32,000 nucleotides of DNA from Ruminococcus albus 7 = DSM 20455. GTDB taxonomy: Bacteria; Bacillota; Clostridia; Oscillospirales; Ruminococcaceae. Within the stretch, counting starts at the first letter, position 1. Each line of letters opens with the position of its first letter. The notes under the pieces were generated by a model. It searched no databases and was not told where the DNA came from. It saw nothing but the letters and a program-made list of their open reading frames with translations. The stretch is taken from the NCBI RefSeq assembly GCF_000179635.2, contig NC_014833.1, positions 1,320,001 to 1,352,000 on the forward strand, given 5' to 3'. This document shows positions 14,582 through 22,743 of the stretch, piece by piece. The position numbers and the translations under genes are program-made.

Positions 14582-15713
14582 AATGTTGTCACGCAAGTTG
14601 CTGGGTGAAAAATACCGCAGTTCACTGCAAAATGTTCTTATCTCAGTTTTTGTCGCGTACGGGCTTTATTCGCTGGACAAACAGATACCGCTTTCAAAAA
14701 AAGTACTTGTGCTGACAATAATTGTTTATTCAGGGACACTGATAATTCAGGCACTTGGTTCAGCTGACAATGCAAAAGTACTGCATGGGCTTTTTGCCAT
14801 GCCCTGTAATGAACGACGGACCCTCGGAGAATACACTTTGGTGATAGGTCTTTATGTCCTAACCTCAAAGGTATCACTGCTGGCGGCACTTTTATTCGCA
14901 TTCACAAAAATGACGGTTTACAGCTGTGCACTTTTACTGCTTGCTTTTCTGCTTGCACTTTTCGGAGGAATGGCTACGTTCGGACACTTTAAGAAAAGAC
15001 CGTATATCTCGGTATTGTACGTAGCTGCAGGTATAGCTATGGCTTTTTTTCTGCCTGACGGGAAAGCTGCGGTCATAGCTTTGACGGCTGCAGATGTTAT
15101 CTTTGGAGGGACACTGTTTTTCCTCAGAATGGAAGACTTTCGCGTTTGTCCAACGGCAGGCAGGAGAAGGAAAACGGTTGCCGCAAAAAAGCCGACATTT
15201 CTTATATTGCGCTATCTGTGGAGATATATGCTTGAGAAAAAGGCCTATATTTTCTCGACCTTGTTCATTATTGGATTTGCGGTGTTTTTCTCACGGAATG
15301 CAGAAAATATGGGATTAAAGATCGCCTGTGGCATGGGTATGGCAGCTATCTCAATAAACTCACCTGTTTCCACTATGGTAAGTGCGAACAGAGGTCTTGA
15401 CCGTAAGCTGGATGCTCTTCCGTCCAAGACTGAAAGATTTTTTATTCCTTTCGGCGGAGTGCTGTTCTGTTTTTATCTGCTGTGCTTCGGGCTGTTTCTG
15501 ACAGCTTTCCACGTTGCAGGAGGCAACGTTGGAATAAGGTATCTTGTACTTGCACCGGTATTTGCAGCTGAGGGTGCTTTATTTACATCATTTCTTGAAA
15601 ACAGATACCCGATAAAAAACTGGAAGACTGAAGCAGACCTGACACATAATCCCAGAAAATATATATTGCCTATAGCACTGATGGCAGAGGCGGCTATAGT
15701 TGGGTTTATCTGA
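14574..15713 (+). CDS. Polytopic ABC-associated permease (family not recognised)
   Basis: It overlaps the ATPase stop by 8 nt. The 379-aa product has about 10 hydrophobic segments and a basic loop RRRKTVAAKK in the middle. The strong terminator at 15755 follows. Confidence 0.75.
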   Translation: MFKMLSRKLLGEKYRSSLQNVLISVFVAYGLYSLDKQIPLSKKVLVLTIIVYSGTLIIQALGSADNAKVLHGLFAMPCNERRTLGEYTLVIGLYVLTSKVSLLAALLFAFTKMTVYSCALLLLAFLLALFGGMATFGHFKKRPYISVLYVAAGIAMAFFLPDGKAAVIALTAADVIFGGTLFFLRMEDFRVCPTAGRRRKTVAAKKPTFLILRYLWRYMLEKKAYIFSTLFIIGFAVFFSRNAENMGLKIACGMGMAAISINSPVSTMVSANRGLDRKLDALPSKTERFFIPFGGVLFCFYLLCFGLFLTAFHVAGGNVGIRYLVLAPVFAAEGALFTSFLENRYPIKNWKTEADLTHNPRKYILPIALMAEAAIVGFI

Positions 15714-15754
15714 ATAATGACCGAACGGTATTATTAATACAACATATACATTTA

Positions 15755-15787
15755 GGGGCTGTTGCAACAGCCCCATTTTTTCTTTTA
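15755..15787 (+). terminator. Intrinsic terminator of the ABC operon
   Basis: Perfect palindrome GGGGCTGTTGCAACAGCCCC (15755-15774), followed by ATTTTTTCTTTT. Confidence 0.85.
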
Positions 15788-15960
15788 TCACTGCCACCGT
15801 TAAGATAGCGATAAAATTCTTTGTATTACCTCTTCTTCAAATTCTTGGTGGATTCAGTGCAGTTAAAAAAATATCCTGTTTCTCACGGATCAGAACACGT
15901 TTCTTTTCATTATCTGAGTTTCTCGCCTGCTTTAAATGTTTTCGGGTAAGCATAGTTTTC

Positions 15961-15989
15961 TTGACTGAGATTTGATCTCATGATATACT
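15961..15989 (+). promoter_or_regulatory. Near-consensus promoter with no recognisable gene downstream
   Basis: TTGACT (15961-15966), a 17-nt spacer, then TATACT (15984-15989) with an extended-10 TGA. Confidence 0.45.
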
Positions 15990-16324
15990 TTATTTCGGAA
16001 AATTTCTATTCTATTGTGACCGATCCGTTCTGTTTACTGTCTATATAAGGGTTGAAGAAGGCGGATCTTTCGAGTTCGACAATATCGAAAGCGTCACTAT
16101 AGACAGCGTTGAATACAGATATGCAGGATGATCTTATCGGCGTACCTTCGGGTGCGCCGAATTTATGTATATATCGATTTTTACGTCTGTGCGTCTTTGG
16201 CGTTTATTTACAAAGCTTGCTTTCTTGTTATTTGCAGACTGGCTGTCATCATTATCATGTGTTTTAGAAAAAAACACCCCATTACCATTCAAATGATGAT
16301 GAGGATATTGTTAAGAAGATTAGT

Positions 16325-16372
16325 AAATAAACAAGACCGACAGCTTTCAAAGGCTGTCGGTCTTGTTTATTT
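16325..16372. terminator. Bidirectional terminator downstream of the 1308-aa gene
   Basis: AAATAAACAAGACCGACAGC (16325-16344) pairs with GCTGTCGGTCTTGTTTATTT (16353-16372). A/T-rich ends give U-tracts on both strands. Confidence 0.85.
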
Positions 16373-16400
16373 TAACTTTATTCGGACGAGCAATGTATCG

Positions 16401-19400
16401 TTATTTTATGGTAACGGTAACTGCTCTGCTGTTGAGGTCGCTCTTATCCCACTTGCCATTTACCTTTGCGCAAACGGCGAGCGTATATGTACCACTTTTG
16501 ATTTTTGGGGAAGTATAAGTTGTTGTATTACTGTCAAGCTTAGCCTTTACTACCCATTTTCCGGACTGGAAAACAGCGATAGCATATTCTTCTGCGGCAT
16601 CGACAGGTGTCCAGTTCAGACGGAACTGCTTGCCGGATACCTCGGCAGTTACAACAGGATACTTGTTAACATTCTTTGGTGTTACTACAATTGCCTTTGA
16701 AACATCACGACTCCATTTGCCGCCGATCTTAGCAACTACTGCTACCTTGTAGTTTTCGCCGGGTTTAAGTTTACTAAGCACATAAGTAGTATTGTAGCCA
16801 TAATCGAGAACTGTCCATTTTTTGTTTACATATCCAACTACGGCATACTTTTCAGCACCGGGAACAGCATCCCATTTAAGTCGTACAGCTCTGTCGCCCT
16901 TTTCCCATTTCTTGATTACAACAGCGGGATAATAAGCAGGATAATCAGTAACAAGTTTATTCCAGCATTCCTTCTGGTTGAACTCATAGCAAGACAAAAG
17001 CTTGTTGATGACCAGAATGTTGATCTTTGTTCCTGTAGGAAGATTGATATTCTGCTTGGACATTCCGTTGAGATTTAATACTGTGTTGTTGTCGGTGTTA
17101 ACTATGAAACCGCTGTCAGCACTGATGTTGCCGCTTACGGTAACAATGCCTGCATCCTGCAGAATTCCGTGGCTTTCTTTGATAAGGTAAGTCACAAGAT
17201 CACCATTGATGTTAACCTCGTCGCTATCATATGAAAGGATCAGGTCAGGAGAAGTATAGTTCATAGTATTTCCGATGGAATAGGTGCCATTAACATTCAG
17301 TGAGCCACTATTACAGATGATCGCACCTTCGGAATGATCAAGATTACCATAGATAGTGAGGGACCCGCCATTAATGTCAACAAAATTAGACTTGGCAATG
17401 CTGCAGTCACCGTTAACGACCATGCTATAGTTTGCAAGATTAATGTCTCCAAGGTTCAGATCATTACTTTGAACGTGAATGTCACTATCGAGATTTCTGA
17501 CATTCATATCACCATGCCATATGATCTCACGCATTTCGGGATCAATAACTTTAAGAACATTCAGAGTGGGGCAGTTTCCGAAATATACATTCTGGTCAGA
17601 TGTTCCGTTGAGCACCAAAGTAGTGTAAGTGTCTGTGTTCATTATGAAACCGCTGTCAGCACTGATGTTGCCGCTTACGGTAACAATGCCTGCATCCTGC
17701 AGAATTCCGTGGTTTTCTTTAATAAGGTAAGTCACAAGATCGCCATTGATGTTAACCTCGTCGCAATCATTTGAAAGGATCAGGTCAGGAGAAGTATAGT
17801 TCATAATATTTCCGATGGAATAGGTGCCATTAACATTCAGTGAGCCACTATTACAGATGATCGCACCTTCGGAATGATCAAGATTACCATAGATAGTGAG
17901 GGAACCGCCATTAATGTCAACAAAATTAGACTTGGCAATGCTGCAGTCACCGTTAACGACCATGCTATAGTATGCAAGATTAATGTCTCCAAGGTTCAGA
18001 CCATTACTTTGAACGTGAATGTCACTATCGAGATTTCTGACATTCATATCACCATGCCATATGATCTCACGCATTTCGGGATCAATAACTTTAAGAACAT
18101 TCAGAGTGGGGCAGTTTCCGAAATATACATTCTGGTCAGATGTTCCGTTGAGCACCAAAGTAGTGTAAGTGTCTGTGTTCATTATGAAACCGCTGTCAGC
18201 ACTGATGTTGCCGCTTACGGTAACAATACCTGCATCCTGCAGAATTCCGTGGTTTTCATTGATAAGGTAAGTCACAAGATCACCATTGATGTTAACCTCG
18301 TCGCAATCATATGAAAGGATCAGGTCAGGAGAAGTATAGTTCATAGTATTTCCGATGGAATAGGTGCCATTAACATTCAGTGAGCCACTATTACAGATGA
18401 TCGCACCTTCGGAATGATCAAGATTACCATAGATAGTGAGGGACCCGCCATTAATGTCAACAAAATTAGACTTGGCAATGCTGCAGTCACCGTTAACGAC
18501 CATGCTATAGTTTGCAAGATTAATGTCTCCAAGGTTCAGATCATTACTTTGAACGTGAATGTCACTATCGAGATTTCTGACATTCATATCACCATGCCAT
18601 ATGATCTCACGCATTTCGGGATCAATAACTTTAAGAACATTCAGAGTGGGGCAGTTTCCGAAATATACATTCTGGTCAGATGTTCCGTTGAGCACCAAAG
18701 TAGTGTAAGTGTCTGTGTTCATTATGAAACCGCTGTCAGCACTGATGTTGCCGCTTACGGTAACAATGCCTGCATCCTGCAGAATTCCGTGGTTTTCTTT
18801 AATAAGGTAAGTCACAAGATCGCCATTGATGTTAACCTCGTCGCGATCATTTGAAAGGATCAGGTCAGGAGAAGTATAGTTCATAATATTACCGATGGAA
18901 TAGGTGCCATTAACATTCAGTGAGCCACTATTACAGATGATCGCACCTTCGGAATGATCAAGATTACCATAGATAGTGAGGGAACCGCCATTAATGTCAA
19001 CAAAATTAGACTTGGCAATGCTGCAGTCACCATTAACGACCATGCTATAGTATGCAAGATTAATGTCTCCAAGGTTCAGACTATTACTTTGAACGTGAAT
19101 GTCACTATCGAGATTTCTGACATTCATATCACCATGCCATATGATCTCACGCATTTCGGGATCAATAACTTTAAGAACATTCAGAGTGGGGCAGTTTCCG
19201 AAATATACATTCTGGTCAGATGTTCCGTTGAGCACCAAAGTAGTGTAAGTGTCTGTGTTCATTATGAAACCGCTGTCAGCACTGATGTTGCCGCTTACGG
19301 TAACAATGCCTGCATCCTGCAGAATTCCGTGGTTTTCATTGATAAGGTAAGTCACAAGATCACCATTGATGTTAACCTCGTCGCAATCATATGAAAGGAT

Positions 19401-20327
19401 CAGGTCAGGAGAAGTATAGTTCATAGTATTTCCGATGGAATAGGTGCCATTAACATTCAGTGAGCCACTATTACAGATGATCGCACCTTCGGAATGATCA
19501 AGATTACCATAGATAGTGAGGGACCCGCCATTAATGTCAACAAAATTAGACTTGGCAATGCTGCAGTCACCGTTAACGACCATGCTATAGTTTGCAAGAT
19601 TAATGTCTCCAAGGTTCAGATCATTACTTTGAACGTGAATGTCACTATCGAGATTTCTGACATTCATATCACCATGCCATATGATCTCACGCATTTCGGG
19701 ATCAATAACTTTAAGAACATTCAGAGTGGGGCAGTTTCCGAAATATACATTCTGGTCAGATGTTCCGTTGAGCACCAAAGTAGTGTAAGTGTCTGTGTTC
19801 ATTATGAAACCGCTGTCAGCACTGATGTTGCCGCTTACGGTAACAATGCCTGCATCCTGCAGAATTCCGTGGTTTTCTTTAATAAGGTAAGTCACAAGAT
19901 CGCCATTGATGTTAACCTCGTCGCGATCATTTGAAAGGATCAGGTCAGGAGAAGTATAGTTCATAATATTACCGATGGAATAGGTGCCATTAACATTCAG
20001 TGAGCCACTATTACAGATGATCGCACCTTCGGAATGATCAAGATTACCATTAACGGTCAGACTAAATCCATTCAGGTCTACATCTGCTGAAACAATAAGA
20101 TTTCCGTCAACTACGGTATCTTCGGTAAGTGATACAGGCTTATTCCATGTCGTGGTCTCGCTTGCGACCGCCAGACGGGTTACGGCAGCTGCTTCACCGA
20201 CGTTCTCAGAGATCGCTGCCTGAGCATCATCAACTGAAGCCGCATAGGTCGTTGCTGCAGGTACTGCTGCAACTGTCAACGCCACAGCACTTGCTGTAGT
20301 GATTATGTTTCTAATTCTGCATTTCAT
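16401..20327 (-). CDS. Large secreted repeat protein (1308 aa): six ~180-aa units plus two C-terminal FN3-like modules
   Basis: AGGAGG lies 7 nt before the ATG at 20327. Signal peptide MKCRIRNIITTASAVALTVAAVPAATTYA. The block NLDHSEGAIICNSGSLNVNGTYSIGN occurs six times. The C-terminus carries two modules of the type RL(K/N)W..V.GAE.Y...GKW....Y....K.G..Y......K..GKW. Confidence 0.9.
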   Translation of the reverse strand: MKCRIRNIITTASAVALTVAAVPAATTYAASVDDAQAAISENVGEAAAVTRLAVASETTTWNKPVSLTEDTVVDGNLIVSADVDLNGFSLTVNGNLDHSEGAIICNSGSLNVNGTYSIGNIMNYTSPDLILSNDRDEVNINGDLVTYLIKENHGILQDAGIVTVSGNISADSGFIMNTDTYTTLVLNGTSDQNVYFGNCPTLNVLKVIDPEMREIIWHGDMNVRNLDSDIHVQSNDLNLGDINLANYSMVVNGDCSIAKSNFVDINGGSLTIYGNLDHSEGAIICNSGSLNVNGTYSIGNTMNYTSPDLILSYDCDEVNINGDLVTYLINENHGILQDAGIVTVSGNISADSGFIMNTDTYTTLVLNGTSDQNVYFGNCPTLNVLKVIDPEMREIIWHGDMNVRNLDSDIHVQSNSLNLGDINLAYYSMVVNGDCSIAKSNFVDINGGSLTIYGNLDHSEGAIICNSGSLNVNGTYSIGNIMNYTSPDLILSNDRDEVNINGDLVTYLIKENHGILQDAGIVTVSGNISADSGFIMNTDTYTTLVLNGTSDQNVYFGNCPTLNVLKVIDPEMREIIWHGDMNVRNLDSDIHVQSNDLNLGDINLANYSMVVNGDCSIAKSNFVDINGGSLTIYGNLDHSEGAIICNSGSLNVNGTYSIGNTMNYTSPDLILSYDCDEVNINGDLVTYLINENHGILQDAGIVTVSGNISADSGFIMNTDTYTTLVLNGTSDQNVYFGNCPTLNVLKVIDPEMREIIWHGDMNVRNLDSDIHVQSNGLNLGDINLAYYSMVVNGDCSIAKSNFVDINGGSLTIYGNLDHSEGAIICNSGSLNVNGTYSIGNIMNYTSPDLILSNDCDEVNINGDLVTYLIKENHGILQDAGIVTVSGNISADSGFIMNTDTYTTLVLNGTSDQNVYFGNCPTLNVLKVIDPEMREIIWHGDMNVRNLDSDIHVQSNDLNLGDINLANYSMVVNGDCSIAKSNFVDINGGSLTIYGNLDHSEGAIICNSGSLNVNGTYSIGNTMNYTSPDLILSYDSDEVNINGDLVTYLIKESHGILQDAGIVTVSGNISADSGFIVNTDNNTVLNLNGMSKQNINLPTGTKINILVINKLLSCYEFNQKECWNKLVTDYPAYYPAVVIKKWEKGDRAVRLKWDAVPGAEKYAVVGYVNKKWTVLDYGYNTTYVLSKLKPGENYKVAVVAKIGGKWSRDVSKAIVVTPKNVNKYPVVTAEVSGKQFRLNWTPVDAAEEYAIAVFQSGKWVVKAKLDSNTTTYTSPKIKSGTYTLAVCAKVNGKWDKSDLNSRAVTVTIK
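17101..20050. repeat. Tandem 540-bp repeat array (about 5.5 units) with a 1080-bp higher-order A/B alternation
   Basis: The sequence lines at 17281, 17821, 18361, 18901, 19441 and 19981 are identical. Variant positions alternate between units: GGACCCGCC at 17361, 18441 and 19521, against GGAACCGCC at 17901 and 18981. Units 1080 bp apart are nearly or fully identical. Confidence 0.95.
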
Positions 20328-20413
20328 TGTATTTCCTCCTTATGCATATCACATAGATCGAATTACGTCCTTTCTACAAAAAGACGTGAAATATTAAAAA
20401 ATATTACAAATAC

Positions 20414-20442
20414 ATTATAGCATAGCAGTTACTGCAAGTCAA
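20414..20442 (-). promoter_or_regulatory. Consensus promoter of the 1308-aa gene
   Basis: The minus strand reads TTGACT (20442-20437), a 17-nt spacer, then TATAAT (20419-20414) with an extended-10 TGC. Confidence 0.6.
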
Positions 20443-20701
20443 TCGTTAAAGAATCACATTTAGAGTGTTGACAGAAAACTAACGAAAATCATCTATGTCA
20501 ATTGTATATACTGCATTTATTGTCTTAAAAAATGTGGCGCTGCAAAAAAACGCACTGCACACCGTTTTTTTGTTCAAAAGACATTGTTATTTTAAACTAT
20601 AGTAACAAATTATTATGCCGTGTATGCTATAATCATGATGACTAATTGTCGAACAGATGTTAAGTCTGTTCAATGTGTATAGATATGAAAGGGATAATTT
20701 T

Positions 20702-22483
20702 ATGAAAAACACAAACATCAGGAGCAGTCTTATAAAAAGACTTGCTGCAAGCGGCATTTCGCTTTGTCTGGCAGTTTCGGTACTTCAGACAGAAGCAGAT
20801 GCGGCGGGTATGAAAACGGTAGATGAGATAAGCTACAAGGAGACCCTTGAAGATACTCATAATCCTTACAGAGGGTTTTATCAGGCTTTTGTTGTAAGTT
20901 ACAAACGCAATAAGTCCAATTGTAAAGCGCAGGCTTCGACACTTGAGGAACTTGATGAACTTGCGTCAGAATATCATCTTATCCATTTACTGATAGATCT
21001 TTCTGATTTTTCAGCACAGAACAGAAAGGGGCAGAATGCTGTAAAACATTCTGCCGACGCAAATATCGATCCTTCAAATGACGATGTTGAAGAAGCGCTG
21101 GGGCAGCTTCTGGAAAGGCTGAGAAATAACGGTCAGAGCGCTGTTATACGCTTTGCTTATGACTACAAATACAGCGGGATCACATCTGACGGCACAGATG
21201 AAAATGGTGACCCCTCTTACAGAACTGTATGGGAACCCACTGATGACAGCATCATAGAACAGCATCAGGAAAAAGTAGGTGCGGTGATCAGTAAGTATAC
21301 CGATGTGATAGCTTCCGTTGAATGCGGTATCATAGGACCATGGGGAGAGATGCATACTTCTGAACGAACAGATTCAGAAAGCGAGAAAAAGATAATCGGC
21401 AAATGGCTTGAGGTATTGCCGGATGATATGACAGTAAATGTTCGCAAGCCATCCGATTTCTGTGCATGGAGCGGAATTGAACTTGAAAATATTGATAAGT
21501 ATACTGCCGGGAAAGGTACAGATGCTTACAGGATAGGTATGTACAATGACGGTTATCTCGGTTCGGTCAGCGATCTTGGCACTTATGACGACAGAAAAAA
21601 AGAGATAGCATGGCTAAAGACACAGACCGACCACACGCTTTTTGGCGGTGAACTCGTCCAATGGGACAATGAGGAGGGTGGTACTCCGCTGAATAATATC
21701 GCCTTTTTTGAGAAAGAAGGTTTCAAGACTCACACATCATATCTTAATAAGGACTGGCACGATGATGTCATGGACGGTTTCAGAAGTACTACATATAACG
21801 GCGGCGATCCATTCTATAAGGGCAAGACCACAGAGTTTGAATATCTCCGCAACCGTATGGGATATAGGTTCGTGGTACGTAATGTACGCATGACCACCGG
21901 GATTTCTCCCTATGAGAATTTTGAACTTGAAACTGCAATCGAGAATGTAGGTTTCGGCAATCTCATCAAAAACGAACAGACCTCCGTCATCATCAAGGGT
22001 AATGGTCTTGAAAAAGAGTTCAAGCTGTGGGAACTTGATGAAGGTAAGGGTGAGAAAGCTTCAAATTACGCACCGCAGAAGTGGCTGAGCGGTTCTTCGC
22101 TTACTGAAAGAAAAACCAACATCATGTCAGCCGAACTTGATTTGCCGAATGATATGCCTGTCGGAAATTATAAAGTGTATATCAAGATAGCCAACAGAAA
22201 AAACGGCGAGGGCGAATACCCCATACGTTTTTCAAATGCGGGCAGCAACGTATATGACAGCAAGCTTAAAGCAAACTTTGTAGGAAGTTTAAAGATAAGT
22301 AAACCATATAAAGGTGATGTTAACAATGACGGCAAGTTAAACGGTTATGACTTGCTCCTTCTGAAACAGCGTATCCTAAATTTAGTCAGTGATAAAGAAC
22401 TGGATATGAAAAACGCAGATGTCAACCGTGACGGCAGAGTTAACATCATGGATTATGTTGAATTATACAAGATCTGCAGATAA
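20702..22483 (+). CDS. Secreted DUF4874/DUF4832-like (glycoside-hydrolase-like) protein with C-terminal type I dockerin
   Basis: ATG at 20702, signal peptide ...SVLQTEADA. The NPYRGFY and GIIGPWGEMH motifs are recalled from the DUF4874/DUF4832 family. The last ~57 aa carry two Ca-binding dockerin repeats, DVNNDGKLNGYD and DVNRDGRVNIMD (about 22310-22480). Confidence 0.8.
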   Translation: MKNTNIRSSLIKRLAASGISLCLAVSVLQTEADAAGMKTVDEISYKETLEDTHNPYRGFYQAFVVSYKRNKSNCKAQASTLEELDELASEYHLIHLLIDLSDFSAQNRKGQNAVKHSADANIDPSNDDVEEALGQLLERLRNNGQSAVIRFAYDYKYSGITSDGTDENGDPSYRTVWEPTDDSIIEQHQEKVGAVISKYTDVIASVECGIIGPWGEMHTSERTDSESEKKIIGKWLEVLPDDMTVNVRKPSDFCAWSGIELENIDKYTAGKGTDAYRIGMYNDGYLGSVSDLGTYDDRKKEIAWLKTQTDHTLFGGELVQWDNEEGGTPLNNIAFFEKEGFKTHTSYLNKDWHDDVMDGFRSTTYNGGDPFYKGKTTEFEYLRNRMGYRFVVRNVRMTTGISPYENFELETAIENVGFGNLIKNEQTSVIIKGNGLEKEFKLWELDEGKGEKASNYAPQKWLSGSSLTERKTNIMSAELDLPNDMPVGNYKVYIKIANRKNGEGEYPIRFSNAGSNVYDSKLKANFVGSLKISKPYKGDVNNDGKLNGYDLLLLKQRILNLVSDKELDMKNADVNRDGRVNIMDYVELYKICR

Positions 22484-22495
22484 GAACCTCTTATA

Positions 22496-22564
22496 CCGCT
22501 TATCCCTATAATGCAGCTGCAAAGAAAGATCGCGTAGCTGTATAAGGAATAGGCGGATTTTTTA
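22496..22564 (+). terminator. Terminator after the dockerin protein gene
   Basis: CCGCTTATCCC (22496-22506) pairs imperfectly with GGAATAGGCGG (22546-22556) and is followed by ATTTTTTATT. Confidence 0.5.
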
Positions 22565-22680
22565 TTAGATATATAATGATTTTTAAAACGTTGAGATGCC
22601 TATGGAGTTAAATGATTAACAAGAATCGGATTAATGTTATCGATTAATTTGTGGTTATTTAAAATAATTTAAAGAACCCA

Positions 22681-22709
22681 TTGACAAATTATTACGTACA
22701 TGATAAACT
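22681..22709 (+). promoter_or_regulatory. Promoter of the LRR protein gene
   Basis: TTGACA (22681-22686), a 17-nt spacer, then TAAACT (22704-22709) with an extended-10 TGA. Confidence 0.55.
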
Positions 22710-22743
22710 GATAGCATAATTTTTTTATTAGGAGGAACAAAAA

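Noticed and set aside
16128-16700. 190-aa plus-strand ORF with a hydrophobic N-terminus.
   Set aside because: It has no SD, reads straight through the bidirectional terminator at 16325-16372 and then runs antisense to the 3' end of the 1308-aa gene. A short hydrophobic peptide confined to 16128-16300 cannot be excluded but has no support.
17334-19934. Five nearly identical 146-aa plus-strand ORFs spaced 540 bp apart.
   Set aside because: They run antisense to the 1308-aa gene and merely mirror its tandem repeat. There is no promoter or RBS, and the minus-strand ORF is continuous with a signal peptide and consensus promoter.
16401-20327. The repeat gene as a diversity-generating retroelement target or a phase-variable shufflon.
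   Set aside because: There is no reverse transcriptase, template repeat or invertase/recombinase gene nearby. Variation between units is a simple two-state alternation, not adenine-focused mutagenesis.
20468-20580. A plus-strand TTGACA at 20468, and a T7 run after a GC-rich segment at 20531-20571, as another orphan transcription unit.
   Set aside because: No acceptable -10 lies at 16-19 nt (ATCTAT), and the GC-rich segment does not form a convincing stem.
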